Below, one piece after another: positions 1-11,824 of a DNA stretch of 64,000 nt (position 1 is the first letter of the stretch; every line of letters begins with the position of its first letter). The stretch is from contig NIVC01000104.1 in assembly GCA_002269645.1 (NCBI GenBank), positions 773,179 through 837,178 on the forward strand, read 5' to 3'. The translations under genes were made by a program, and so were the position numbers. This DNA comes from Macrostomum lignano (Eukaryota). The notes beneath the pieces were generated by a model. The model was given only the letters and a program-made list of their open reading frames with translations, was not told where the DNA came from and searched no databases.

Positions 1-3000
1 TCATACTGACATGTTCGATCTGCATCTGATGGTTCAGGTGAGTCTAATATACCTTTACTACCTCTATCTGAAGGCGTGGCGATTCTAGAAAATAGACAAT
101 TATGTCGCCCAAAATATTTGACGACATTCTCACTGCAGCGTATCAATCCGAACCTTATACTGTACTAGAGATTAGCAATTCGATTCCGTAATGCATAAAA
201 ATTAATAGCCCCCACGTAATCATTGTACATAGACAACACCCCATTTAAATCAACCAACCCTCCCCATATAGTCTACATAAGACAGCACCCCATTCAAAAT
301 CAACCAACCCTCCCCATGTAGTCTACATAGACAACACCCAATTTAAGTCAACCAACCCTCCCCATGTATTGTACATAGACAACACCCAATTTAAGTCAAC
401 CAACCCTCCCCATGTATTGTACATAGACAACACCCAATTTAAGTCAACCAACCCTCCCCATGTAGTCCACATAGACAACACCCAATTTAAGTCAACCAAC
501 CCTCCCCATGTAGTCTACATAGACAACACCCCATTTAAATCAACCAACCCTCCCAATGTAGTCTACATAAGACAACACCCCATTCAAAATCAACCAACCC
601 TCCCCATGTAGTCTACATAGACAACACCCCATTTAAGTCAACCAACCCTCCCCATGTAGTCCACATAGACAACACCCAATTTAAGTCAACCAACCCTCCC
701 AATGTAGTCTACATAAGACAACACCCAATTTAAATCAACCAACCCTCCCAATGTAGTCTACATAAGACAACACCCCATTCAAAATCAACCAACCCTCCCC
801 ATGTAGTCTACATAGACAACACCCCATTTAAGTCAACCAACCCTCCCCATGTAGTCCACATAGACAACACCCAATTTAAGTCAACCAACCCTCCCCATGT
901 AGTCTACATAGACAACACCCCATTTAAATCAACCAACCCTCCCAATGTAGTCTACATAAGACAACACCCCATTTAAATCAACCAACCCTCCCCATGCAGT
1001 GTACATAGACAACAACCCATTTAAATCAACCAACCCTGCCCATGCAGTGTATATAGATAACACCCCACTTAAATCAACCAACCCTGCCCATGCAGTGTAC
1101 ATAGACAACACCCCATTTAAATCAACCAACCCTGCCCATGCAGTATACATAGACAACAACCCATTTAAATCAACCAACCCTGCCCATGCAGTATACATAG
1201 ACAACAACCCATTTAAATCAACCAACCCTGCCCATGCAGTGTATATAGATAACACCCCACTTAAATCAACCAACCCTGCTCATGCAGTGTACATAGATAG
1301 CACCCCACTTAAATCAACCAACCCTCCACATGCAGTGTATATAGACAACATCCCTTTAGAATCAAACAAGCCCCCATGAAGTGTACATAGACAACACCCC
1401 CTCTCATATTGTGCTCAAATACCACATGTTTGTACATAGTCAGCCTTTCTAGTCTAATTAACAAATAGCTCGCATAAATCAATAAGAGCACACAAATATT
1501 CTCCAATAGGACGCCATCCGCGGCCTCACCCGCAATTATCGCCTCTACCTGCCGCCCGGCATTGGCTATGACGTACTGACGCCGTTTCTTCGCGAGATGT
1601 GCCACCTGGCCTGGGGCATGTCGGCCCTGGCACATCCGGTCGACGCCGCAGTCGGCTACGACGGCGAATTATTCGACGAGTTCAGGTAAGAATTCAGCCG
1701 CAAAAAGTCCAGCTATGTTTCGTTTGCTGCTCAATAGGCCAACAGCTATACAAAAATGTCTCCTAAGCAACCCATATGTACTTGTAATTTGTAGTCTCAA
1801 AATATTAATTAAAAAAAAGTTTAAGTTCCTCAAATCCCCACTGAATCTCCAAAAATTCACATCTAGTCTCCTGAAATTCCAATCTAGTCTCTTAAAATTC
1901 CAACCTAATCTCCTGAAATCCCATCTAATCTCCTGAAATCCCATCTAATCTCCTGAACTCTCGTCTAATTTCCTAAAATCCCATCTAATCTCCTGCAATC
2001 CCATCTAATCTCCTGAACGCCCTATCTAATCTTCTGAAATCCCCATCAATCTCCTGAAATCCCATCTAATCTCTTGAAATCCCCATCTAATCACCTGCAT
2101 CCCATCTAATCTCCCGAACCCCCAACTAATCTCCTGCAATCCATATTCCGCATTGCAGGTACCGGCGAAGCTACGATTCGGAGTTCTCAGCCACGCTGGT
2201 GTCGCATCACATCTGGCCTGCGCTGGTGCAGGGCACGGCGGTGCTCGTGAAAGGCGAGGCATGCACCCGCCGAGGCGGATACGTGAGTGCCGACTGATCT
2301 GGTGGCTTGAAGGAGAGTATGGATGCTGAGAATTGAGCAGATGATGAAAGGATGCTGAGATTTGAGCAGATGATGAATGGATGCTGAGAAGGGAGGAGAT
2401 GATGAAGGGATGCTCAGAAGAGAGGAGATGATGAAGGGATGCAGAGAAGAGAGGAGATGATGAAGGGATGCTGAGAAGGGAGGAGATGATGAAGGGATGC
2501 TCAGAAGAGAGGAGATGATGAAGGGATTCTGAGAAGGGAGAAGATGATGAAGGGATGCTGAGAATTGAGCAGATGATGAAGGGGGATGCTCAGAAGAGAG
2601 GAGATAATGAAGGGATGCTGAGAATTGAGCAGATGATGAAGGGATGCTGAGAATTAAGCAGATGATGAAGGGATGCTGAGAATTGAGCAGATGATGAAGG
2701 GGGATGCTCAGAAGAGAGGAGATGATGAAGGGATGCTGAGAATTAAGCAGATGATGAAGGGATGCTGAGAATTGAGCAGATGATGAAGGGGGATGCTCAG
2801 AAGAGAGGAGATGATGAAGGGATGCTGAGAAGAGAGGAGATGATGAATGGATGCTGAGAAGGGAGGAGATGATGAAGGGATGCTGAGAAGGGAGGAGATG
2901 ATGAAGGGATGCAGAGAAGAGAGGAGATGATGAAGGGATGCTGAGAAGGGAGGAGATGATGAAGGGATGCTCAGAAGAGAGGAGATGATGAAGGGATGCA

Positions 3001-4800
3001 GAGAAGAGAGGAGATGATGAAGGGATGCTGAGAAGGGAGGAGATGATGAAGGGATTCTGAGAAGAGAGGAGATGATGAAGGGATGCTGAGAAGGGAGGAG
3101 ATGATGAAGGGATGCAGAGAAGGGAGGAGATGATGAAGGGATGCTCAGAAGAGAGGAGATGATGAAGGGATTCTGAAAAGAGAGGAGATGATGAAGGGAT
3201 GCTGAGAAGGGAGGAGATGATGAAGGGATGCAGAGAAGGGAGGAGATGATGAAGGGATGCTCAGAAGAGAGGAGATGATGAAGGGATGCTGAGAAGGGAG
3301 GAGATGATGAAGGGATGCTGAGAAGGGAGGAGATGAGCTTATCAAATGAAAATTTCTCAGACGAATTTTTTTCTCATAAATTTCTCATTTTTACAGTCAA
3401 GATGAATTACTGGCAGCCTTGAGCTGGCTGTCAGCATCACATAGCTAGCAACAAGATTTAATAAAATATAAACTACTGTATAAAAAAATTCCACTAAATT
3501 AAAATGAATGACACAAAGCAGTATAGTGGCTACATTTAAAGTCGTAAGTGTCCTTTCTGTTGCTGTGCCAACTACACGTAATATTTTTATATCAGATTTA
3601 ATAAGTTCTTGCGTGTTGGACTCTGATTCTACAACCAATTATATACATGCATTGACAATGTAATGTTTATTTCCCAATTCTATGTGCTTGCCATAGCTGA
3701 TTGATTTTTGAAATATTGTAGAGTAGCCCAAATTCTGTCTGTACAAAGCGTAGCATGTTTACATAGCTATTGTTTTCTATTATTAATTTATGTTATTTTA
3801 ACTTTTATTGTCTCATGCTGTTTTATAACTGAGTCGAAATGTAGTGCAGAAAAATGATTTATTAAATTTGCAGAGCTCGCGGTCAAGGAGTGCGTCCCGG
3901 TCTGCCTCGCCAGGTAAGTTAGCTAAACTTGTACGCCTCATAAATTAAAATCTATTATTGTAAAGTCTATGTTTGCAATAGTCTACTTACTAGAGCAGCT
4001 GAGTAAGCATATATAGGAATTGGAAACTTTGAATTTAGGTTAGGGTTTTAGTTCAGGTAAATGTTAGGTTTAGAGTTTAAGTTGGGTGAGTGTTAAAGTT
4101 TAGGTTGGGGGTTGAGTTTAGGTTGGGGGTTGAGTTTAGGTTGGGGTTGAGTTTAGGTTGGGGGTTGAGTTTAGGTTGGGGTTGAGTTTGGTTTGGGGGT
4201 TGAGTTTAGGTTGGGGGTTGAGTTTAGGTTGGGGTTGAGTTTAGGTTGGGGTTGAGTTTAGGTTGGGGGTTGAGTTTAGGTTGGGGGTTGAGTTTAGGTT
4301 GGGGGTTGAGTTTAGGTTGGGGTTAAGTTTAGGCTGGGGGTTGAGTTTAGGTTGGGGGTTGAGTTTAGGTTGGGGGTTGAGTTTAGGTTGGGGGTTGAGT
4401 TTAGGTTGGGGGTTGAGTTTAGGTTAAGTTAGGGGTTAGGGTTTAGCGTCGGGTTAGGGTTTATATTAGGGTAGGGATAGAGTTGTGGTTGGTTTAGGTT
4501 TTATTTTAGGTTACATGTAGAGTTAGGGTAGGGGCTAGCAGCCTATCTGCGTCAGTCAAACATCGTATACCCATAAGGATTTTAGCCTAAAGCGCATAAA
4601 TCTGAATCGAATAAAATTGACTTGCTCAACAATTCTTCGCAGCGCGAGTCAACGGCGCCGCCGGCACTGCCAGGTCTTCTGGGGCCGGCCGGACTCCGCG
4701 AGCTCCTTCTGGTGGCAACAAGCAGCAGCCGTCTGCTCGAGCCGATCTGGGAAGCACTGCTCGCACCGCCTCAACATCGCTGTCTCACTATATTGACTAA
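1..4800 (+). CDS. SPATA18: Mitochondria-eating protein (MIEAP/SPATA18) homologue, 5'-partial; join(<1..37,1510..1685,2159..2282,3874..3913,4643..4800)
   Basis: Exons join in frame across GT-AG introns (phases 0,2,0,1) to give HTDMFDLHLMVQ-DAIRGLTRNYRLYLPPGIGYDVLTPFLREMCHLAWGMSALAHPVDAAVGYDGELFDEFR-YRRSYDSEFSATLVSHHIWPALVQGTAVLVKGEACTRRGGY-SSRSRSASRSASP..., with TAA at 4798-4800. This matches the MIEAP C-terminal signature YRRSYDSDFTAPLV..HVWPAL....V..KGEAVTRRG and the SRSRSPSP tail. Confidence 0.9.
220..1400. repeat. 48-bp minisatellite (gtagtctacatagacaacacccaatttaagtcaaccaaccctccccat) in a MIEAP intron
   Basis: Visible tandem copies; the 16-aa periodicity in the ORF track equals 48 bp. Confidence 0.95.
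1835..2150. repeat. ~20-bp degenerate minisatellite (cccatctaatctcctgaaat)
   Basis: Tandem copies inside intron 1686-2158. Confidence 0.85.
2320..3335. repeat. 29-bp purine-rich minisatellite (gatgatgaagggatgctgagaagggagga)
   Basis: Tandem copies inside intron 2283-3873. Confidence 0.95.
4080..4500. repeat. 18-bp G-rich telomere-like minisatellite (ggttgggggttgagttta) grading into TTAGGG-like sequence
   Basis: Tandem copies at 4090-4425, followed by ttaggggttagggtttag...gggttaggg. Confidence 0.9.
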
Positions 4801-6040
4801 TTTTAGATCAATAGAAAAACTACGGTAGAAAGTGTAGCTTTTTATTTAAGCGACAAGAATCGCTAGGTTTAGTTTGTGTTTTCAGACATTTTAGTTCATT
4901 TTTTGTTTGTTTTGTTTTTTGTTGGTCATTTTCTGGTTTCCGCATTGACGCCATTGTTGCACTGCTGACTAACCCTTTGTTGATATTTTAAACAATTTCT
5001 ATTAATTGAATTTAAATACGATTTGCGCTTACTTAAAGTAGACAACCATGAATATGCTAACAGTACAGAATTTTTAGCCCTTTTCTTATTGAACTTTCTT
5101 TTCGCTGTCTTCTGCTCGTATTTCGCGCAGCTTTTATTCTGTTCGATGCGCTGATGAAATGAGAATTTCGTTTTTAGCCATTCTTCTGGGACCGTTGGGA
5201 AAGCATCTTTGCTTGGCTTTCGCTTAACCCAGGAAACGAGCAAAGATAACCTTCCCTGATGGACCTGCCGCCAACCGACGCTGGTATTACTGTGTACATA
5301 GCTTTCTACTCACATCTGGACAGCTCGATTGAGGGGAGAATCTCCCAGAGCGACAACAATAACCAGCGGGATCTGTCTTTTTAATTTCTACTTTTTTCTA
5401 AGAAAGTCTTTATACACTCATTAGTTTATTAGCTAAGAAATTTTGCGTTATTAGATATTTTTTACATACTGGTGCTGAATTTCAACTATTTTTGTTTTTC
5501 ATGTACGCTAATCCAGTTTTAAATTTGCACGCGTTTTTTGTTTAACACGGCGATTTGTTATATCATGTAGTTGCTATGTTCTCTTTCGCGGGTCCGTGTG
5601 ACCGTTGAAATTTCAACTTTGAAAAACTCATTTCAAACATTTCAAACATATCCATAGTAGCTATTTTTTGTTTTTTCCGCTTCATTTTTTGTTTTAGTTA
5701 TTGCTTGGGGCAACCAATTTTTTCATTAGAATGTGTTTGCACCACTGGCAAGGCAGTAAAGTGCATGCGAATGCGCATTATTTTATTTAGCAGCAATGAG
5801 CATTGAACTTTATACACGCTACTATATTTCCATCTAGATACGAATTAATTTGCTTTGAGAAGCTTTCTTAGTAAAATATATTCTATGGTAAAAACCAGCA
5901 CTGATCTGGCAAGCATGTGACTACTGCTAGTAGGATGCTAGTAGGAAATCATACATCAGTGTTTCGGAATTTTTTATTTTTTTGCATAGAACAAATAAAT
6001 TGTTTACCATGGTAAAATAGGGTGCTTTCACAAAGGGGAT

Positions 6041-6946
6041 GTCAACTTAAGCACCAGAATGGAGCCCGAAGTTCAGCTCCGGCCCAAACCGACTGCAATC
6101 GATAACTTGTCGGCCCAGACGACTAGAATCGCCGAGACATCCCATCCGGCTCCCTTCCTTGGGGTCCCAGGGATAAAGGGGATAAAATGGGGAACTCATG
6201 TCAACTTAAGGCTCTGGAATGGAGCCCGAAGTTCAGCTCCGGCCCAAACCGACTGCAATCGATAACTTGTCGGCCCAGACGACTAGAATCGCCGAGACAT
6301 CCCATCCGGCTCCCTTCCTTGGGGTCCCAGGGGATAAAGGGGATAAAATGGGGATCTCATGTCAACTTAAGGCTCTGGAATGGAGCCCGAAGTTCAGCTC
6401 CGGACCAAACCGACTGCAATCGATAACTTGTCGGCCCAGACGACTAGAATCGCCGAGACATCCCATCCGGCTCCCTTCCTTGGGGTCCCAGGGGATAAAG
6501 GGGATAAAATGGGGATCTCATGTCAACTTAAGGCTCTGGAATGGAGCCCGAAGTTCAGCTCCGGCCCAAACCGACTGCAATCGATAACTTGTCGGCCCAG
6601 ACGACTAGAATCGCCGAGACATCCCATCCGGCTCCCTTCCTTGGGGTCCCAGGGGATAAAGGGGATAAAATGGGGATCTCATGTCAACTTAAGGCTCTGG
6701 AATGGAGCCCGAAGTTCAGCTCCGGCCCAAACCGACTGCAATCGATAACTTGTCGGCCCAGACGACTAGAATCGCCGAGACATCCCATCCGGCTCCCTTC
6801 CTTGGGGTCCCAGGGGATAAAGGGGATAAAATGGGGATCTCATGTCAACTTAAGGCTCTGGAATGGAGCCCGAAGTTCAGCTCCGGCCCAAACCGACTGA
6901 AATCGATAACTTGTCGGCCCAGACGACTAGAATCGCCGAGACATCC
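6041..6946 (+). repeat. Left arm: ~5.6 tandem copies of a 161-bp unit
   Basis: Unit starts (gtcaacttaag) at 6041, 6200, 6361, 6522, 6683 and 6844; the last copy is truncated at 6946. Confidence 0.95.
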
Positions 6947-7950
6947 GCTGTGCCACTATGTTCCGCTATGTGCTGCTTTGCTGCCATTAAGCAGGACAAA
7001 TGTTTTAACGAGAGGCACAAACCGTATCAGTGGCTGCCGTCAGCCGGCTTCAGTGAGCCCAGCCGATTAGACGTTGTTATCGAGACCTCGATGGCAAAGT
7101 ACAACCGGGCGCATCCAGGTTTTGAATCATTTAAACAGCTCCACCGTCATGGACAGGGCTATCGTTGTTCGAATTCGGGCAGAATTTCATGCGCCGAGTG
7201 CTCTTGTCCAACGAACTTGACGAAATTGAGCAGCTGCACTTCAACTGTGATCTGAAACGTGCCCCCCTGCTAACACAAGGGCATGGATTGCTGTCAACCC
7301 GCTGGATCCAAAAAGCTCGGGGTTCCCCCGAATTCACACAGTGAATTTGTCAGAGGTTTCGGTGGATCCGTATCAACTAAATCAAGCCGATTATTACATT
7401 CAAAACATTCGTGTCAAGGAGGTTCTCGATAGCTACGAAGGTGACTCCTGGAGAGACTTTGAGTTACACATCCAAGCCGCCGGGAGTGTTGGAAGTTTCG
7501 GCAAGCGACGCCGCTAGAAAACTCGAGCAACCGATTCGGTCGGTGGCATCCGTCTTGATTTTTCTAGCTGTCGTTTTCTCGCGCCATAATTCAAAATCCT
7601 ACCGCGTGATTCTTAGAGTGTGTGACAGCAGCGGACAATCGCTTTGGTTTTAGAGATCCAGGATTGCAACTTCTTCCTGGCTTCTACTCGTCAGCAAAAG
7701 CAGGAAGTAGGACTGCAGGCTGCGATTGTCATGTACGAGCGTAATGGCAGTGCTCAAACTCCTGGGCTGCTACGCTTACCACCAAGATACATATGTAGCT
7801 ATCGAAGGTCTGGTGCCGGCCTTCGCTTTGTTGATTTCGCTCTTCCACGCAGCCTTGTTGCCAGACTTTATGCTAGAGAAAACGCTTTACCACAGCAGCG
7901 AAAGCCTACTGAGCAACAGTTTAGGGGCCAGCGAGAGGAGTTTCAGTCAG
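6947..7950 (+). pseudogene. Decayed C-terminal fragment of a DDE_Tnp_4 (PIF/Harbinger-ISL2EU-Spy group) transposase with a SWIM-like motif
   Basis: Frame-broken pieces SRLDVVIETSMAKYN, GFPRIHTVNLSEVSVDPYQLNQADYYIQNI, VFSRHNSKSYRVIL and GFYSSAKAGSRTAGCDCHV/VMAVLKLLGCY. These resemble, from memory, the FP.L...L..IT.G.YQL.QA.SY / SRH....Y / GWYC.CK.G.RTVGCCAHVASVLWYLG motifs. Not verified by HMM. Confidence 0.5.
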
Positions 7951-9518
7951 CCCAAGGAAGGGAGCCGGATGGGATGTCTCGGCGATTCTAGTCGTCTGGG
8001 CCGACAAGTTATCGATTGCAGTCGGTTTGGGCCGGAGCTGAACTTCGGGCTCCATTCCAGAGCCTTAAGTTGACATGAGATCCCCATTTTATCCCCTTTA
8101 TCCCCTGGGACCCCAAGGAAGGGAGCCGGATGGGATGTCTCGGCGATTCTAGTCGTCTGGGCCGACAAGTTATCGATTGCAGTCGGTTTGGGCCGGAGCT
8201 GAACTTCGGGCTCCATTCCAGAGCCTTAAGTTGACATGAGATCCCCATTTTATCCCCTTTATCCCCTGGGACCCCAAGGAAGGGAGCCGGATGGGATGTC
8301 TCGGCGATTCTAGTCGTCTGGGCCGACAAGTTATCGATTGCAGTCGGTTTGGGCCGGAGCTGAACTTCGGGCTCCATTCCAGAGCCTTAAGTTGACATGA
8401 GATCCCCATTTTATCCCCTTTATCCCCTGGGACCCCAAGGAAGGGAGCCGGATGGGATGTCTCGGCGATTCTAGTCGTCTGGGCCGACAAGTTATCGATT
8501 GCAGTCGGTTTGGGCCGGAGCTGAACTTCGGGCTCCATTCCAGAGCCTTAAGTTGACATGAGATCCCCATTTTATCCCCTTTATCCCCTGGGACCCCAAG
8601 GAAGGGAGCCGGATGGGATGTCTCGGCGATTCTAGTCGTCTGGGCCGACAAGTTATCGATTGCAGTCGGTTTGGTCCGGAGCTGAACTTCGGGCTCCATT
8701 CCAGAGCCTTAAGTTGACATGAGATCCCCATTTTATCCCCTTTATCCCTGGGACCCCAAGGAAGGGAGCCGGATGGGATGTCTCGGCGATTCTAGTCGTC
8801 TGGGCCGACAAGTTATCGATTGCAGTCGGTTTGGTCCGGAGCTGAACTTCGGGCTCCATTCCAGAGCCTTAAGTTGACATGAGATCCCCATTTTATCCCC
8901 TTTATCCCCTGGGACCCCAAGGAAGGGAGCCGGATGGGATGTCTCGGCGATTCTAGTCGTCTGGGCCGACAAGTTATCGATTGCAGTCGGTTTGGGCCGG
9001 AGCTGAACTTCGGGCTCCATTCCAGAGCCTTAAGTTGACATGAGATCCCCATTTTATCCCCTTTATCCCCTGGGACCCCAAGGAAGGGAGCCGGATGGGA
9101 TGTCTCGGCGATTCTAGTCGTCTGGGCGACAAGTTATCGATTGCAGTCGGTTTGGGCCGGAGCTGAACTTCGGGCTCCATTCCAGAGCCTTAAGTTGACA
9201 TGAGATCCCCATTTTATCCCCTTTATCCCCTGGGACCCCAAGGAAGGGAGCCGGATGGGATGTCTCGGCGATTCTAGTCGTCTGGGCCGACAAGTTATCG
9301 ATTGCAGTCGGTTTGGTCCGGAGCTGAACTTCGGGCTCCATTCCAGAGCCTTAAGTTGACATGAGATCCCCATTTTATCCCCTTTATCCCTGGGACCCAA
9401 GGAAGGGAGCCGGATGGGATGTCTCGGCGATTCTAGTCGTCTGGGCCGACAAGTTATCGATTGCAGTCGGTTTGGTCCGGAGCTGAACTTCGGGCTCCAT
9501 TCTGGTGCTTAAGTTGAC
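7951..9518 (-). repeat. Right arm: ~9.8 tandem copies of the same 161-bp unit, inverted
   Basis: Reverse complement of the left-arm unit; identical ORF translations appear on the minus strand. Confidence 0.95.
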
Positions 9519-9784
9519 ATCCCCTTTCAAAAGCTTTAAATTTCACAGCGTCAAAAACTTCATATAACAATAACTATGCAGTAGTTTTCTACGTTGTGAA
9601 ATTTCGATTTCACAAGGTCGATGTTGTGAAATTTCGACCTTGTGAAAGTTTAGACCTCGTAAAATATCGATCTTGTGAAAGAAGGTGCTTTCGACGCTGT
9701 GAAATTTCGAGTTTGTGAACCCCCCCCCCCCGGATGGGGAACGTAGAGAAGAGGGGGAGGGGTAGAGAGGAGGGTAGGGTGGGG

Positions 9785-11195
9785 AGACGAGGAGGAGAGA
9801 GGAGTGGAGAGGTGGGGGAGAGGAGGGGAGAGGAGGGAGCTGTGGGGAGAGGAGGGGAGCTGTGGGGAGAGGAGGGGAGCTGTGGGGAGAGGAGGGAGCT
9901 GTGGGGAGAGGAGGGGAGCTGTGGGGAGAGGAGGGGAGCTGTGGGGAGAGGAGGGGAGCTGTGGGGCGAGGAGGGGAGCTGTGGGAGAGGAGGGAGCTGT
10001 GGAGAGAGGAGGGGAGCTGTGGGGCGAGGAGGGGAGCTGTGGGGAGAGGAGGGAGCTGTGGAGAGAGGAGGGGAGCTGTGGGGAGAGGAGGGAGCTGTGG
10101 AGAGAGGAGGGGAGCTGTGGGGAGAGGAGGGGAGCTGTGGGGAGAGGAGGGAGCTGTGGGGCGAGGAGGGGAGCTGTGGGAGAGGAGGGGAGCTGTGGGG
10201 AGAGGAGGGGAGCTGTGGGGAGAGGAGGGAGCTGTGGGGCGAGGAGGGGAGCTGTGGGGAGAGGAGGGGAGCTGTGGGGAGAGGAGGGGAGCTGTGGGGA
10301 GAGGAGGGGAGCTGTGGGGAGAGGAGGGGAGCTGTGGGGAGAGGAGGAGAGCTGTGGGGAGAGGAGGGGAGCTGTGGGGAGAGGAGGGGAGCTGTGGGGA
10401 GAGGAGGGAGCTGTGGGGAGAGGAGGGAGCTGTGGGGAGAGGAGGGAGCTGTGGGGAGAGGAGGGAGCTGTGGGAGAGGAGGGAGCTGTGGGGAGAGGAG
10501 GGAGCTGTGGGGAGAGGAGGGAGCTGTGGGGAGAGGAGGGAGCTGTGGGGAGAGGAGGGGAGCTGTGGGGAGAGGAGGGAGCTGTGGGGAGAGGAGGGAG
10601 CTGTGGGGAGAGGAGGGGAGAGGTGGGGAGAGGAGGGAGCTGTGGGGAGAGGAGGGGAGCTGTGGGGAGAGGAGGGAGCTGTGGGGAGAGGAGGGGAGAG
10701 GTGGGGAGAGGAGGGAGCTGTGGGGAGAGGAGGGAGCTGTGGGGAGAGGAGGGAGCTGTGGGGAGAGGAGGGGAGAGGTGGGGAGAGGAGGGAGCTGTGG
10801 GGAGAGGAGTGGAGAGGTGGGGAGAGGAGGGAGCTGTGGGGAGAGGAGGGGAGAGGTGGGGAGAGGAGGGAGCTGTGGGGAGAGGAGTGGAGAGGTTGGG
10901 AGAGGAGGGAGCTGTGGGGAGAGGAGGGAGCTGTGGGGAGAGGAGGGAGCTGTGGGGAGAGGAGGGAGCTGTGGGGAGAGGAGGGAGCTGTGGGGAGAGG
11001 AGGGAGCTGTGGGGAGAGGAGGGGAGCTGTGGGGAGAGGAGGGGAGCTGTGGGGAGAGGAGGGGAGCTGTGGGGAGAGGAGGGGAGCTGTGGGGAGAGGA
11101 GGGGAGCTGTGGGGAGAGGAGGGGAGCTGTGGGGAGAGGAGGGGAGCTGTGGGGAGAGGAGGGGAGCTGTGGGAAGAGGAGGGGAGCTGTGGGGT
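9785..11195. repeat. 19-20-bp G-rich minisatellite (gggagctgtggggagagga)
   Basis: Long tandem array; the long ORFs over it are repeat artefacts. Confidence 0.95.
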
Positions 11196-11824
11196 AGATA
11201 TGGAGTTGATAGGAGCGGAAAGCTGAATTTACGGTGTTTGATATGCCAAGTAATAAATCCAGGACCCATTTAAAAGAAACATAGATAAGTGATGATTTAG
11301 ACAATTTAATTTTTAGTATATGGATAGCAATAATATACGTAAAAACGGGCAAGAACAATATCATTATATTATTTTTAGATAATCCAAACTCTAAAAAATG
11401 GATTCGCAACTACTCTGATTTGCACTTGTCGCCTGGGCCTCAGACGCAAAAAAAATCACAAAATTACAGGTCAAATTATTTGTTTTATTCGGTAAATATC
11501 ACGAATAGGGCAGATCACTACGCAAGGAATTATTGATATGATGAAGAGAAATCAAAAGTACAAAATTTGTAATCGCGACAGAAAGAAATCGAAAATGATT
11601 TTTTTCAGCACTCTGTGATTGAGAGCTGCTGGTGGCTTCATTCTTGTACTTCACTTCTAAATCGCAGCGGCAGCCGGAACCTTGAAACAACATCAAGTGT
11701 TAAGTTTTGTTGATCGTTAAATTAGCTCAGATGAATTCTAAACAACATTCAAATAAGATCGTTGCGTTTGAGTAGCTTAAACTGGCTTATAATTTTTCAA
11801 CTTTGAATTCTCCAGGCGTGCACA

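Larger units (their letters stand above)
6035..9524. mobile_element. Non-autonomous foldback-like DNA transposon with arms made of inverted 161-bp tandem arrays; Spy/PHIS-like
   Basis: Termini GGGGATGTCAACTTAAGCACCAGAATGG (6035) and its exact reverse complement ending at 9524. Flanks are AAA (6032-6034) and TTT (9525-9527), with no direct duplication. There is a 1-kb unique core. Confidence 0.85.

Noticed and set aside
4926-5300. THAP-like KDAFPT and YLCS fragments on the minus strand
   Set aside because: The motifs are in different frames and too short; there is no N-terminal C2CH signature.
6059-9400. Many 68-122-aa ORFs (MEPEVQLRPKPT..., MGISCQLKALEW...) in the 161-bp arrays
   Set aside because: The unit length is not a multiple of 3, so these ORFs are frame-cycling by-products of the repeat.
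6041-9518. CRISPR array or self-cleaving ribozyme in the 161-bp repeats
   Set aside because: There are no unique spacers and no cas genes, and the context is eukaryotic. I found no hammerhead core (CUGAUGA...GAAA) on either strand; an Infernal/Rfam scan would settle other ribozyme classes.
6026-9533. A 9-bp MULE-type TSD (tttcacaaa / tttcaaaag) for the foldback element
   Set aside because: It has two mismatches although the termini are perfectly complementary; a clean AAA|TTT no-TSD insertion explains the flanks better.
9610-11409. 450-600-aa Pro/Ser- or Gly/Glu-rich ORFs
   Set aside because: They are open in nearly all frames because the G-rich minisatellite lacks stop codons.
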